A stretch of 64,000 bases of DNA from Cetorhinus maximus. Taxonomy: Eukaryota. Made by a program: the position numbers and the translations under genes. Location of the stretch: positions 71,982,001 to 72,046,000 of the forward strand of contig NC_135894.1 in NCBI RefSeq assembly GCF_964194155.1. The letters run 5' to 3'. The notes under the pieces were generated by a model. It did no database searches. It was given only the letters and a program-made list of their open reading frames with translations, and was not told where the DNA came from. How positions within the stretch are numbered: position 1 is the first letter of the stretch; the number at the start of each line of letters is the position of its first letter. Positions 38,546 to 50,711 of this stretch are shown one piece after another.

Positions 38546-40949
38546 CAGGATTGGTGAAAGGTTTAGCTACCTACTGGTCTTGTTGGCAGCCCTGTAGAAT
38601 TTTTCTGTGGCCGAAATCACAATCTCTCTTTTAATGTTGATTTCCCTAGACCACTTGAAAATAAAATTGGAGTTTCTCAAGTGGAACATGTTTGGGTCAG
38701 ATATGAGGCCTATTATAGTATCCATGTAATAAAACGTTGGTCATTTTAAGTTTTTGATACCTTGAGGTCTACGCCTCCTGTGTTTCTTCTGTGCCAAGAT
38801 CTATTAACCAAGAAAAATGTTTTTCAATGTAAAAACACTGTAGAGCTGTTATAGTATTACATCACAGTCCACAGTGATAGATAGTTAATGAAACTGACAT
38901 TATCTTCCAGTAATTAAAAGGTGGGAAGTGATATCTAACCAGAAGTACTCTGTTTCCCTGATATAAATGCAAATAGTGTTGTAAAATAAAAAAGAATTAA
39001 CTTGAAAGAAAAATTAGTGTTTCGTATTTGTTACTGCTGGAATTATGACAGCTATTTTTCTGTAATAAAGTCCTTTTTGCAGACATAAAACAACAAAATA
39101 TAATTTAAGCTACAACAATTGTTTTACTGAACAGTACCATTTGTGCTTGGGGTACTTCTTATGATTCTTGCCTCTGCTGCACCCTTTTCTGATGCTGCTT
39201 CAAAGTATATTTTGCTCACATTGCTCTTTTGGATTTAGTATAATGTTCAGATTTGCCTGCATCTTCTTCCCTCCTTTTTCAATTTAAAAAAAATCTTCCA
39301 TTGGTGCTATTTATTTTGAAAGCTATTTAACTGGCCATATTATGGCATTATGATTGAAAATCAGTAAAGTAGCAAAGTTTATGCCTTCATTTCCCAATGG
39401 GAAGTCTCATGCACCAGCATGATGATTTTCAGATTTACTAAATACTTCTGCCTTCACATATACTTCATACTAATGCTAAATGTACCATATCAAGTGCATT
39501 ATGTCATTTTCTTTAACAATGCCAAAGCTTCACAGAGCAAAGGTTCACTTTTGTTTTGCCTTATTTTGTTCTGACAATTCTGTTCACATTTTAAAAGGTC
39601 AACCTTTGGTGAGCTTGCTTGTTCTTTACTATAAATATACTAGTGTATTTGCATGTTGGTGAGATTGGGGCAAAAGTTAATACAAATGTACTTATGTATG
39701 CTACCAATAATACTGTTATTTAAGGCGCATGTTTTGTTACAAAGCCTAATTTTTTTTACAAATATGGTCTTGGGATGTGAGCATCACTGGCAAATTGCCC
39801 ATCCCTAATGGCCCTTGAGAAGTAGGTGGGGAGCAAATTAGCAAATTTTTGAAACTCTGAAACCCTAACCTGTTGAGGCTGGTGTTGGAATAAGATTTGA
39901 AAGTCTAAAGGCCAATACACTAATGAAAAATATACTTATGGTAAGAAATTTATACACAAGTAGTGCCTTTCACATCCTTAGGATGTCTCCAAGTGTTTCA
40001 CAGCTAATTAGTTACTTTTGAGGTGTAAGCACAGTTGATTTTAGTGAAACATGGCATCCAACTTTATTTTGTAAATTGAGGGAAAAATTGACTTTAATTG
40101 TCCTTGCCCCTATGTTGTCCAGGCACAGCTGTCATGGTAGCGTTGAAAGATTAATGATTATGATATTGTCACTGCAATTTTTCTCAAATCAACACATGCT
40201 CACTGGGAAAGCCCAGCAGTCCAATTAAATTCTGTTCTTAATAATTTAATGCATTGTACAAGAAGTATCATGACTGATACAATATGTCTGTAAAATATTA
40301 CTAAGATGGTTGGTTGTAATTGTGTGTTTAAAATTGAGTGTTATTATGTGAAATTATAATTGGAAAAGGAAATATGGGTGAATTGTGGAACTGTATTGAA
40401 TCTTGGTCTGCATACATTTAGTTTTTTTTGGATATTGGTGGTAACGTTAGACTGCTAACATTTTAGTTGCACATTGATATTTAACATACCTCCTTATTGT
40501 TTCCTGTTTAGAATGGTCATGAATTACAGGTGACCATAAGATTTCATGGCCAAAAGATTTTTTTTGCTTTATCTTTCTCTTCCTGTTACCAGCATGTCTT
40601 GTAAACAAATAATGTGTAGAGAATCTCATTTATATAGTTAGTGACCAAAGTAAAAGAAATATAGGCTTGGTTGAGTTAAGCTTCACACAGAATTGTAGAA
40701 ATTACAGCAGAGTTGAAGGCCATTCAGTACGTTTGGAGTATTGCTTACAGTTTTTGGCATCTCATTATTTGGAAGGATCTTAGAAATATGCAAAATGTGC
40801 AGCAAAGATTCACCAGAATGATACAGGGAATGTGATATTATAATTAAGAAAGAACAATTTTCTGAGCCTATTTCACTCGAATGGAAGCAAGAAAATTCAA
40901 GAGAAAATCTAACAAATTTTTACAATGATGAAAAGTTTCTTTGTATTAA

Positions 40950-41432
40950 TTTTTGGGATATAAATGTTTATTGCCTGTCCTTAGTTACCCTTGAGCAGGT
41001 GATGGTGAGTTGCCACTTTGAACCACTGCAGCCCTTGTGGTGTAGGCACACCTGCAATGTTATTAGGGAGAGAGAACCAAGATTTTGACCCAGCGACCAA
41101 AGGAATGGCAATATAGTTCCAAGTCAGGATGGTGTGTGGCTTGGTGGGGAACTTGCACAGAGCAGTGTCCCCACTTGTCTGCTGCTCTTGTCCTTCTAGG
41201 TGAGAGTTTGGAAGTTGGTGTTGAAGGCAAGTTGCTGCAATGCATCTTGTAGACGGTACACGCTTCTGCCACTGGTGAAGGGAAAAAATGTTTTAAGGTG
41301 GTGGAAGAGGTGCTGGTTTTGAGAAGGTAGATAGTCCACAATTGTTTGACCACCAACACCCTTTCAAAGGAAACTAAGGGTGGATAATAAATGCTAGCCT
41401 TACCAGCAATGTCCATATCCAGAGAATGAATA
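40950..41432. mobile_element. Two family A 3' tails in opposite orientation
   Basis: 40950-41320 is a minus-strand 3' end (CTVYKMHCSNLP); 41350-41432 is a plus-strand tail ending gagaatgaata. Confidence 0.75.
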
Positions 41433-41452
41433 TATATTTTTTAAAAAGGCAT

Positions 41453-42235
41453 TGTTACAGACAGGAGGGGGATTAATTTGACAGCCCTCATTTCTCCTCG
41501 CACTACCTGCCCATAAACAGAAAGGTGTTTTTAAAATCTCTGATTTCCTCCCTTTATAAGTGGTGGCATGTTTTCCCAACCCTTCAGTTTAGAGTGATCC
41601 AGTCCTCTATTAATAACCCCACTGCAAACTCAAGGTAAGGTAGAATAAGAGGTTTGGTTTATTTTACACATCCACAAAACCTGGGAAAGGGATGTTGCAA
41701 TATCTGCCCCTTTTTGCACTCATACAATAAAAGAGGGATAAGAGAAAGAAAGGGTTACAGGGCAAGCCACAATAAAAATAAGTGTTATGGTTCCATGAGA
41801 GCCCAGAGTCAAAAGTCCAGTGGGGTATTCCTCCAGAGGTCAGCAGGCTGAAAATGTTGCAGGGTGACCCGACTTTACAGAAGCAAGGGCTTCCACGATG
41901 GGAGAAGGCAGGTAGAGATGAATTAGTCTTGAAGGCACAGATACAGAAGTTCCAATGTTCCAGTGGTTCACAGTGTAGATGAGGGCCAGGCACTTCACCC
42001 GGACAGAGCTCTTTCTGCTACTACCTGTAAGATGATAAAGTGGTAGACTGTCTGGGTTCAGTTCCACACGGCAATATTGCAGGTTCTAACAGCTTGGGGG
42101 AGATCATGTGACATATCTCCCACCACTTCTCCTGGGTCTTGGTCAAAGAATGTATTTCCCCAGGTCTGGAATCTCGATGCGTTTAATAGAGGAGTCCGGG
42201 TCCTATTTGCCCTTTGCAGACATACCATCTGCAAA
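41453..42235 (-). repeat. LTR-like repeat, copy 1 (interrupted by CR1; may continue after 43505)
   Basis: Begins TGTTACAG; colinear blocks shared with 44782-45250. Confidence 0.5.
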
Positions 42236-42239
42236 GGCG

Positions 42240-43503
42240 TTATGCCATGTCTAACAAATTTATTAGAATTCTTTGAGGAGATGACGAGCAGGATAGATAA
42301 AGGGGAACCAGTAGATATTATATAGTTGGATTTCCAGAAGGTATTCCATAAGGTACCGCACATAAGGCTACTTAATAACACGAGAGCCCATGGTGTTGGG
42401 GTAGTATATTAGCATGGATAGACGATTGGCTAATTAATAGAAGACAGAGTTGGGATAAGGGGGAGATTTTCAGGATGGCAACCTGTAACTAGTGGAGTGG
42501 CACAAGGCTTAGTGCTGGGGCCTAAATTATTTACAATGTATATTAATGACTTAGATGGAGGAAGTGAATGTACTATCAGCAAGTTTGCAGGTGACACAAA
42601 AATAGGTGGGAAGGCAAGCAGTGAGGATGACGGATGACATGAGGAGTCTACAGATGGATATAGACAGGTTAAATGAGTGGGCAAAAACTTCGCAGATGGA
42701 ATATAACGTGGGAAAATGTGAGGTTATGCACTTTGGCAAGGAGAATAAAGGAGCTGAATGTTATTTAAATGGAGAAAGGCTGCAGCACAGAGGGATTCGG
42801 GAGTCCTTGTGCATGAATCCCAAAAAGCTAACATACAAGTTCAAACGGTAATAGGGAAGGCAAATGAAATGTTAGCCTTTATTTCAAAGGGAATGGAGTA
42901 TAAAAATAGGGAAAGTCTTCCTAAAACTATACAAGGCACTAGTTAGACCACACCTAGAATGCTGTGAACAATTTTGATCCCCTTATCTAAGGAAAAATAT
43001 ACTGACATTGGAAGACAGTTCAGAGAAGGTTCACTAGGTTGATCCTGGGTTTGGAGGGATTTTCTTATGAGGAGAGGTTGAGTATGTTGGGCCTGTACTC
43101 ATTGGAGGTTAGAAGAATGAGAGGTGACCTTATTGAAACAAAAGACTCTTAGGAGGCTTGACAGGGTAGATGCTGAGAAGCTGTCTCCCCTTGTGGGAGA
43201 GTCTAGGACCAGAGGGCATAATCTCAGAGTAAGGGGGCGCCCATTTAAAACATAGGTGAGGAGGAATTTCTTCTTTCAGAGGGTAGTCAATCTGTGGAAT
43301 TCTTTACCATAGAGGGCTGTGTGGCTGGGTTGTTAAGTATAGTCAAGGCTGAGATAGACAGATTTTTAATCAGTAAGGGAATTGAGGGTTATGGGGAGAA
43401 GGAGAAGTGGAGTTGAGGATTATTAGATCAGCCATGGTCTCATTGAATAGCGGAGCAGACTTGATGGGCCGAATGGCTTACTTCTGCTCCTACATCTTAT
43501 GGC
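42240..43503 (+). mobile_element. CR1 family B (HER1-like), 5'-truncated
   Basis: CLTNLLEFFEEMTSRIDKGEPVDII; VTSGVAQGLVLGP; KFAGDTKIG; YNVGKCEVMHFG; tail gatgggccgaatggcttacttctgctcc. Confidence 0.93.
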
Positions 43504-44334
43504 CTTCATTGGTTGGAGCTCTGCCTTTGAAATGCAAAGTGGGTTGGTGCATTTCTTTGGAATTTGATTGTCAGCAATCACAGAAGGCATTCATACCTCT
43601 TTAAAGATAGCAGCGATATCCCTACTGGTCTTCTGAAGGTTAGAAATTCCTCTGGTATGGGCCATCGCTATGGCCAAGACAGCACCCTAATTGTCAAATA
43701 CTTGAGTATCACAAGTGCCATTTAAGGATTGCAAAAACATGGTTGGCTATTGAAATACAGTTAATTATATTGCAATGTTTTAATGAAATCTGGGAAAATT
43801 TTGATATTGTTAGTAATAAAGCTATTATGTCCTTTTGGTTGTCTAATTTGTCCAAATGAAGGCCGATGGCTGACACACACCTACCTCTGATTGTTGGCAT
43901 AATTGTAATAAGGAATTGGAAGATGAGCTCAAAAACTGATGTAGCTTTCTGGGAAGACTATAAACCACTATTCCATTTGGAATGTGCTAAATTAATTATA
44001 TTGATACAAGCTATATGTTTTGAGATCTCTGTACTCCGTCATGGAGTATGTAGTTGCCATCACCATGTGTAATACTTTCCAGTGGATAGACATGACTTTG
44101 TGACATTTTACTGACATTTATACTTCATCAGAGGAGATGGCTGAACTGATTGTTCTGTTTCTTTTGCATGTGAATAATATTAATAAGTAAAAGAATAAGG
44201 TTATTTGTGCAATGTGATGGTATTGAGCATGTACTGACTGGTCTGCAATTAGTATTATGCCTGTCAAGGGTGGAAGATGGGAGTGATTAGCATATCTATA
44301 TTGACGGCTTAGTTGGCATAGCCGGTTCTTTTCT

Positions 44335-44432
44335 GGGTGCTGACAGAAGATGTACACCCGAAATGTTTAACTCATCTATCCTTGCCGCAGCTGCTGATGC
44401 ACTGTGTTTATAGCATTTTCTGTTTTTGTTCC
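44335..44432 (+). mobile_element. Old Penelope-like terminal relic
   Basis: ctgacagaag..cccgaaatgtttaactc..gctgctg..agcattttctgtttttgtt. Confidence 0.55.
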
Positions 44433-44781
44433 TCATTTCCACTATCATCACCAGCCTGACTGGAAATGCATTATGTGACATTTAAAATGTGATTAAGCAT
44501 AATACACTTGCTATGTATAGATTTTTTGTAATGGGAATGTGTGCATAGCCATTGTAATCCAAATCATTCAGAGAAATGTAGGCCCCATGAATTTGAGTTA
44601 AACTATAAAATTTAAAGGAAATCAAATGAAAGTTCAGTTTGCAATATCAAGTTGGCCACTAATTTTAGCTTCTAATTTGCATTTTCTTCTGGTTGTATTT
44701 TCTATTCCACCATTTTGTTCGCTTGCTTCTGATCTGTATCTCAGCTGCATTTACTTGGCATGTCTCCATATCATTTGACAC

Positions 44782-45500
44782 TGTTTCGGACAGGAGGGGG
44801 TGTCCGTTCAAACAGCACTACTTTTTCCCTCTCATCACCCGCCTGTAAAGAGAAAGGTGTTTTGAATAAAAAGTGTTTCCTTTTTAATAAGCAGTGACAT
44901 ATTTCCCAACGCCTCGGTTTGTGTGTGACCCAGTTCCTACTAATAGCCCCATAGCAAACTCAATGTGGGATGAGCTCAAAATGTTTATTGCACATATTCA
45001 AAAATCGTGAAAAGGAAGGTCCTCGACATCCCCTTCCGCATACATACAGGAAAGAGAGGGATAGAGAAAAGAAAGTTTTACAGTACAGAGACCACAGAGA
45101 AAATTGGTTCACATGAGTCCAGAATCAAAGCCCCATGAGGAATTCCTTCACGGAAGTCGGTGGGCTCAAAACCAGTGGTGTAAGAATCACTTTTCCAGTG
45201 GTGTTGACTTCACAGGCAGAGATGAATCAGTTTGTCGGTGATAGTACAGAACTTTCAGCAGAGGCAGGGTAGATGGGGCCAGTTGTCTTGAGACTGCTAC
45301 CAATTTTTATGAAAGTTAACAGAGCATTTTCCCAAGATGAACCACCTAGCAGCCTTGGGAAGTCTCTCACTGATCAATGAATGCACTTTGGCTGCTCAAG
45401 CCAAAAAGCACTCATGTAGGACATTTATTCTTGTGCTCCTAGTAAAAATGCAAAGCAGAAGAGACCTTTTCCAGACTGAAGCTTTGGTTATGGTTGTAAT
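44782..45500 (-). repeat. LTR-like repeat, copy 2 (right boundary uncertain)
   Basis: Begins TGTTTCGGACAGGAGGGGG; diverged homolog of the repeat starting at 41453. Confidence 0.5.
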
Positions 45501-45540
45501 AATGTGAACCAGTGTGTTCTGATTTATATTGTAAGTCTGT

Positions 45541-46209
45541 GGCCTGAATTTTCAGCTTGGCAGGCAGGCGCGATCGGCGGGCCCGGGAGCAGTCGTGAAA
45601 TGGACAGCCGACTGCGATTTCATGCTGGCTGGCCAGTTAAAGGCCAGCCAGCATGAAGCGTGCACTGAAAATCTCAGTGCTACTGGGGTGGTGGCAGGAG
45701 GAGGGCAGGCGATGATGTTTCCACGGACGTGGGTGAGCGCTGAAAGAAAGCTCCCTGAAGGCAGAAAGCTGCCTCGGAGCTGCAGACCCAAAAATCATGA
45801 AACAAAATTTTGAAATTCAGGAAAAAAAATGTCCAAGCATCACAATCAGGCACCTGAACATATAGATGATAAAAATGCTGTCCACAGATTTTTATTTTTA
45901 TTTTATTCATTAACTGAAACCTCATCCCGCCCTTGGATCAGGTTTGATGAAAAATGCAAAGTCCGCCTGGCTGACTCGCCCGTCCACCAACCGTAAGGTT
46001 GGACGGACCACGAAAAATCGGAGATAATTGCACCGTTAATGAGCTTAATTGCCATCTTAATTGTCGGCGGGCGCACTTCTGCAGGCGCCCACTGAGCGAA
46101 ATATCGCGTGAGCGCAGGATGACGTCAGGACGCTCACCTGACGTCTCCTCGGGATTTTACACCCGACCGGGTCGGGCGCGTGCCCTTCTGCAGGATGTAA
46201 AATTCTGCC
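45541..46209. mobile_element. CpG-rich MITE / non-autonomous DNA transposon, possibly PIF/Harbinger-like
   Basis: Imperfect TIRs GGCCTGAATTTT / AAAATTCTGCC, GC- and CpG-rich subtermini, AT-rich centre, sharp composition edges; TSD unclear. Confidence 0.7.
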
Positions 46210-46468
46210 TTGTATCTTTTTTATGGGTCTTATGTATGCATTTATGCTTAGGTTCGTAACTGCTAGACACAAATCTAGAAGCTGCATTGCGATGCGATTA
46301 TTTTGATAAACACACGGCACTATTCCAAACTTTGGTGAAAGAGAAAAATTGCTACGTTTCAAGCTGTTTGGAGATTTTTGCTAAGGATGCATTCACATGA
46401 AGTACTGCCTGTGTTGTGTCTAAAGCATTTTCACCTGTGGCTAGTCAGCCAATTTCTATTTGCCAGTG

Positions 46469-46680
46469 ATAAAAACAAAAAACTGCGGATGCTGGAAATC
46501 CAAAACAAAAACAGAATTACCTGGAAAAAAACTCAGTGGGTCTGGCAGCATCGACAGAGAAGAAAAGAGTAGACGTTTCGAGTTCTGTTGAAGTGTCATG
46601 AGGACTCGAAACGTCAACTCTTTTCTTCTCCGCCGATGCTGCCAGACCTGCTGAGTTTTTCCAGGTAATTCTGTTTTTGT
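46469..46680. mobile_element. 212-bp fold-back Penelope-like mini-element with hammerhead
   Basis: Inverted pair of termini; TTTCTATTTGCCAGTG duplicated at 46453-46468 and 46681-46696; hammerhead motif at 46580-46620 (+). Confidence 0.9.
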
Positions 46681-46696
46681 TTTCTATTTGCCAGTG

Positions 46697-46945
46697 CTGG
46701 GCTAAAGTCTCATGTCAGCCAGACAGATGGAGGTGACAGAATTCCTTCCCTGAAAGACATTAGTGAATCAGATGACTTGTTTATAACTATTTAGCAACTT
46801 GCATAGTTATTTTATTTACTTTGGTGCTGGACCAAAATGTTTCAGATTTAATTAATTCAGCTTCACAACTTGCCATGCTGGATTTTAAACTCTCAGCTTC
46901 TGAATTTCTAATGGAGTACCATAGCCATTACACTCCCATACCTGT
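46697..46945 (-). mobile_element. Old SINE related to the family A head
   Basis: attccttccctgaaagacattagtgaatcagatg..ttgccatgctggatttt; homologous to 6020-6170. Confidence 0.7.
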
Positions 46946-47551
46946 AATTGTATACTTCCACCCTCCTCAACTCTATTTTGAGTTGGCAGTAACCACACAT
47001 AAAGTAACCATTTCAGATCACATGGAAGGGTATCAAGTGGTCCAGTGGCCTGCATGTTTTCTGCTATTTATTTCTCCCTTTTATTTGTTGAAACTGCTTT
47101 GTAATTTGAAAAGGGGGTTATTTCTTGGGGATGAGGAGAATTCTACTGCAGAGCTGTGTTAGCTACAGGGATGTGACACCTAACAACTAGCATGTTTTTT
47201 GCTAGCCGTTGAACCGGGTAAATGTTTTGTTATGGAACAACTATTATTGGCAAATATTTTATTCCTCTTAATCTAAAATGTGCACATATTACCTCCCCAA
47301 GCCACCACCTCCCAGCCATCCCTCTAGATTGTGGGCAGCCTCTACAAAGGAAGAATTATAAATTTAGTAACTTTAAGCCTGAATTTCTTTAAGCTGTGAG
47401 GAAATGTGTGAAAGTGGTTTACTGTGTGACAATTACCTTGTATTAGTGAGTAACAGCTGAATGAGCTTGCATTTAGCTTCTAAGCAACACAGTTGCAGCA
47501 AAAGCTGTACTGTAGATAACTCAATAATACTGTAGATAACACAAGATATAA

Positions 47552-47682
47552 CACAAAAGCAAAATACACCAGATGCTTGAAATCTGAAATAAAAATTGAA
47601 AATGCTGGAAACACTCAATAGGTTAGTCAACAATATTGGAGAGAGAAACAGAGCTAACATTTCAGATCAATGAACTTTCAAG
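47552..47682 (-). mobile_element. Old Penelope-like terminal relic
   Basis: aaaagcaaaatacaccagatgcttgaaatctgaaataaaa..gctggaaacactca. Confidence 0.7.
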
Positions 47683-48289
47683 ATAAGATGCACGTCTTGC
47701 TTTCTTGCCACTGGCACTGAGAAACAAAATTGATGTCAATAAATGGCTGCCGTGGACCAACTGCCTCTGTCATCACACTGCTACTTACTTGCACTGTATG
47801 TCGGTACCTTAGCTCTTGTGTGGGCTAATCATATTTTAGGTGAAAGAATTATATATCTAGGTAACTGGTGGTTTTATTAAGTTCATTAAAATGTATAATG
47901 TAACATGGATATTTTACATCAACATTATATTCTAAACAACTAGTAGTTTTAATTTTTTTTAAATGTCTAGAATGAAAATCTTGCCTGCATTTTCTGTTGT
48001 CTAATGCTTGCTTCCTGTATCTGATTTTTTTTTACTGTCAGTCATTTTTTTGTTGGTTTTCTGAAAGCAACAAACCATAACTGCAGAAGCATGGAATATA
48101 TGAATTAAAAATTAATAATGGTGTGGAGACCACCAGTGAATAGGTACTAAAAGATTTATGAAATAGCCATTCTGAATGATTAGTCAGAAGAGCCCATCTG
48201 TTAAAGAAAAGTAAAGTGGAATCTCCGTGCTTTTTATTAAAAAAAACCTAATTCAAATTTTATGAATACAAACCAAAATTGTGCAAATC

Positions 48290-48610
48290 GCTTGAACTTG
48301 GAAGATTGAGGGGTGATCTAATTAAGATACATTATGATGAAGGGATTAAAGGGGCTCTGTATGGCAGAAACAAGTAATCCTGAACAAGAAGACATAATAA
48401 AATTAGAGTTTGGCCATTTAGGAATGAAATCAAGAAGCACCTTTTCACACAAAGGTATTAAAAATCTGCTGGAACTCCATCCCCCAAATGGCTATGGATC
48501 GTAGCTCAGTTGAAACTTTCAAGACTGTATTTGACATATGTATTTGGCCAGGAAATGAAGGGATATAGAATTAAAATTGAAAGATGGTGTTGAGGTACAG
48601 ATCAACCAGA
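48290..48610 (+). mobile_element. CR1 family B 3' fragment
   Basis: gaagattgaggggtgatctaatt..aagcaccttttcacacaaagg..tggaactc. Confidence 0.7.
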
Positions 48611-50284
48611 TTACTGTCCAGGTGAAGACAAAATTTGCCCCATTAAATTTCTTGTCCTGCAATGGTCCCTGAAGACTTAGGCCCCGTTTTAGCCTGACAC
48701 ATCCAGTTGGAATGGGTGGGTTTGGGGCAAATTCCTGCTTTGCACTCCAGCCTAAGCACACCCCATTACAGCAAGCGGCTTAGACTGAAATGGGGTATTT
48801 ATGTTTGCGGTGGCTCTCCATATTCGTAATATAATTTGATGACTTTTTTCAATAGTGCTGTCAATCTTGAAAGAATATCTTGTCATTGGCTGTTTGCTCT
48901 TTATATACTAATGAAGCTTTTTTACCGTAATATTGGGCTATGATTAATTTACATTTCAAAATGAGTGGGTATATTTTGCATTATTTTGTGAGGTGCCTGG
49001 TTTTGTGAATTTCTCAATTAGATTAAAATGTGATTGTTTTATTTGCAAATTCTAAAATGGGGATGCGCTTTTGTAATGATCACTTATTTTAGTGACTTGG
49101 GGGGGAAACCAGTTTTGCAGCTGGTATATTAAACTATTTGGTCTGTTGAACAGAGGGGATTTTGCGTTAAATTTTTGATTCCCTTTCATGACTTATGCCC
49201 TGTATTGTCTTCTATTATACTTTTCTCTCCAGATCTCCTCTTACTTCAAAATAAATTTTGTTTCACTAAATATAAAATTACAAATTTGTTCTCAATAATT
49301 AAAAATTCAGATATGAAAAATACATTTTTTACTGAAATGTATTTTTTTTTTAAGTGCTTGGCAATTACTTGCTTCTTGATTAGAAGCTGCATTACTGAGG
49401 CAGGGTCCTTTAATACAGTGTTTCAATGCATAGGATTGAACTCCCAGTGCACATTTGCTCAAAAATTAGTAGTGTTGTACATAGTGTGACTTTTTAACCT
49501 AGTTTCATGATGAAAATAAATGTGTTAAATCTATACTTTTGTAGGAAATCTTTGAAGTAGATTTATAAATAGCATGCACTGTTTTTAAAAATGCCTCAGT
49601 GATTGGAAAAAAAACCTCAGGAGAATATTTGTGAATCTGAAAGTAACATTATAAAAGGAGTCCCCATTTTGGGGATTCCCTAAAGGGGTTGGAGTGTAAT
49701 GTGACCTGTATTTTAAGCATTTGTGTAGGCACTTTTTAGCTAACTGACAGATGCAAGGTTCTCACAACCCATTTAAATATAGCCTGCTGGAAGAATATAC
49801 TTGCATTTTTTTAAACACTGAAGTAAACCTTGGGTGAAGTTCTCCTTGTTTCTATTTAGTGCCTGGGTTTTTCCATTTCTGTTGACTCAAAAAAGCTGTT
49901 GAATTTGTATAAAGTAATCTTTTGCCTGACTACAAACTTTGAATAACTACTGTTTACATTTAATACTTAGATTTTTCTAAATTTTGACATTACAGCTGAG
50001 TTTTATTTTACAATTCACACCTGTATCTCAGTACTCTGTAAAAGCCAATTGTTCTATTAGGGTTTCCTGTTACTAGGGGTATATAAATGGAAACCAGTTT
50101 GAGGTATTTGTAACTGAGAGTGAAACTTTTTCCAAATATAAAAGGGCTACAAAAGCACATTACCAGTCATTAATACATCCTCAGAGTTGTAATACATGCT
50201 GGATTTGACCTGTTCCTTAAACATATCAAAAACAAAATTACCTGGAAAAACTCAGCAGGTCTGGCAGCATCGGCGGAGAAGAAA

Positions 50285-50327
50285 TCAGTTAACGTTTCGA
50301 GCCTTCATGGCCCTTCGGCAGAACTGA
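50285..50327 (-). ncRNA. Minimal type I hammerhead ribozyme motif (variant core)
   Basis: TCAGTT-CTGCCGA-A-GGGCC-atgaa-GGCTC-GAAA-CGT-T-AACTGA on the minus strand. Confidence 0.7.
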
Positions 50328-50711
50328 AGCATAGTTAGAAGAAGGGAGAAATATAAATTGGTTTAAGGTGGTTGGGGGGGGGCGGGGGGGCGGAGAGAGA
50401 GAGAGAGAGAGAGAGAGACATTGAGGGTGTGGTGATTGTGGAGATGAGCAGATAATCAAAAGATGTCACAGACAAAAGGGTCAAAGAGGTGTTTTGTCTG
50501 AGAAAAGTGCCAATTAAGAATGGAGGACAGGATATTCAAAGTACAGCTCTAGTGGGGGTGGGGTGGAAAGGCTAACAAGGTTTTAGTTTTAGATTTAAAA
50601 ATAATGGAAATAGGTGGGGAAAGAAGAATCTATATAAATTATTGAAAAAAAAGGTGGGGGTGGTGGGGAGGGGGGGGGAAGAAACGGGGTGGGGATGGGG
50701 GGAGGGGGAGT

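Noticed and set aside
48640-48800. Possible old MITE remnants (also ~53740-53900 and ~56880-56945)
   Set aside because: Weak inverted similarity only; no definable TIR or TSD.
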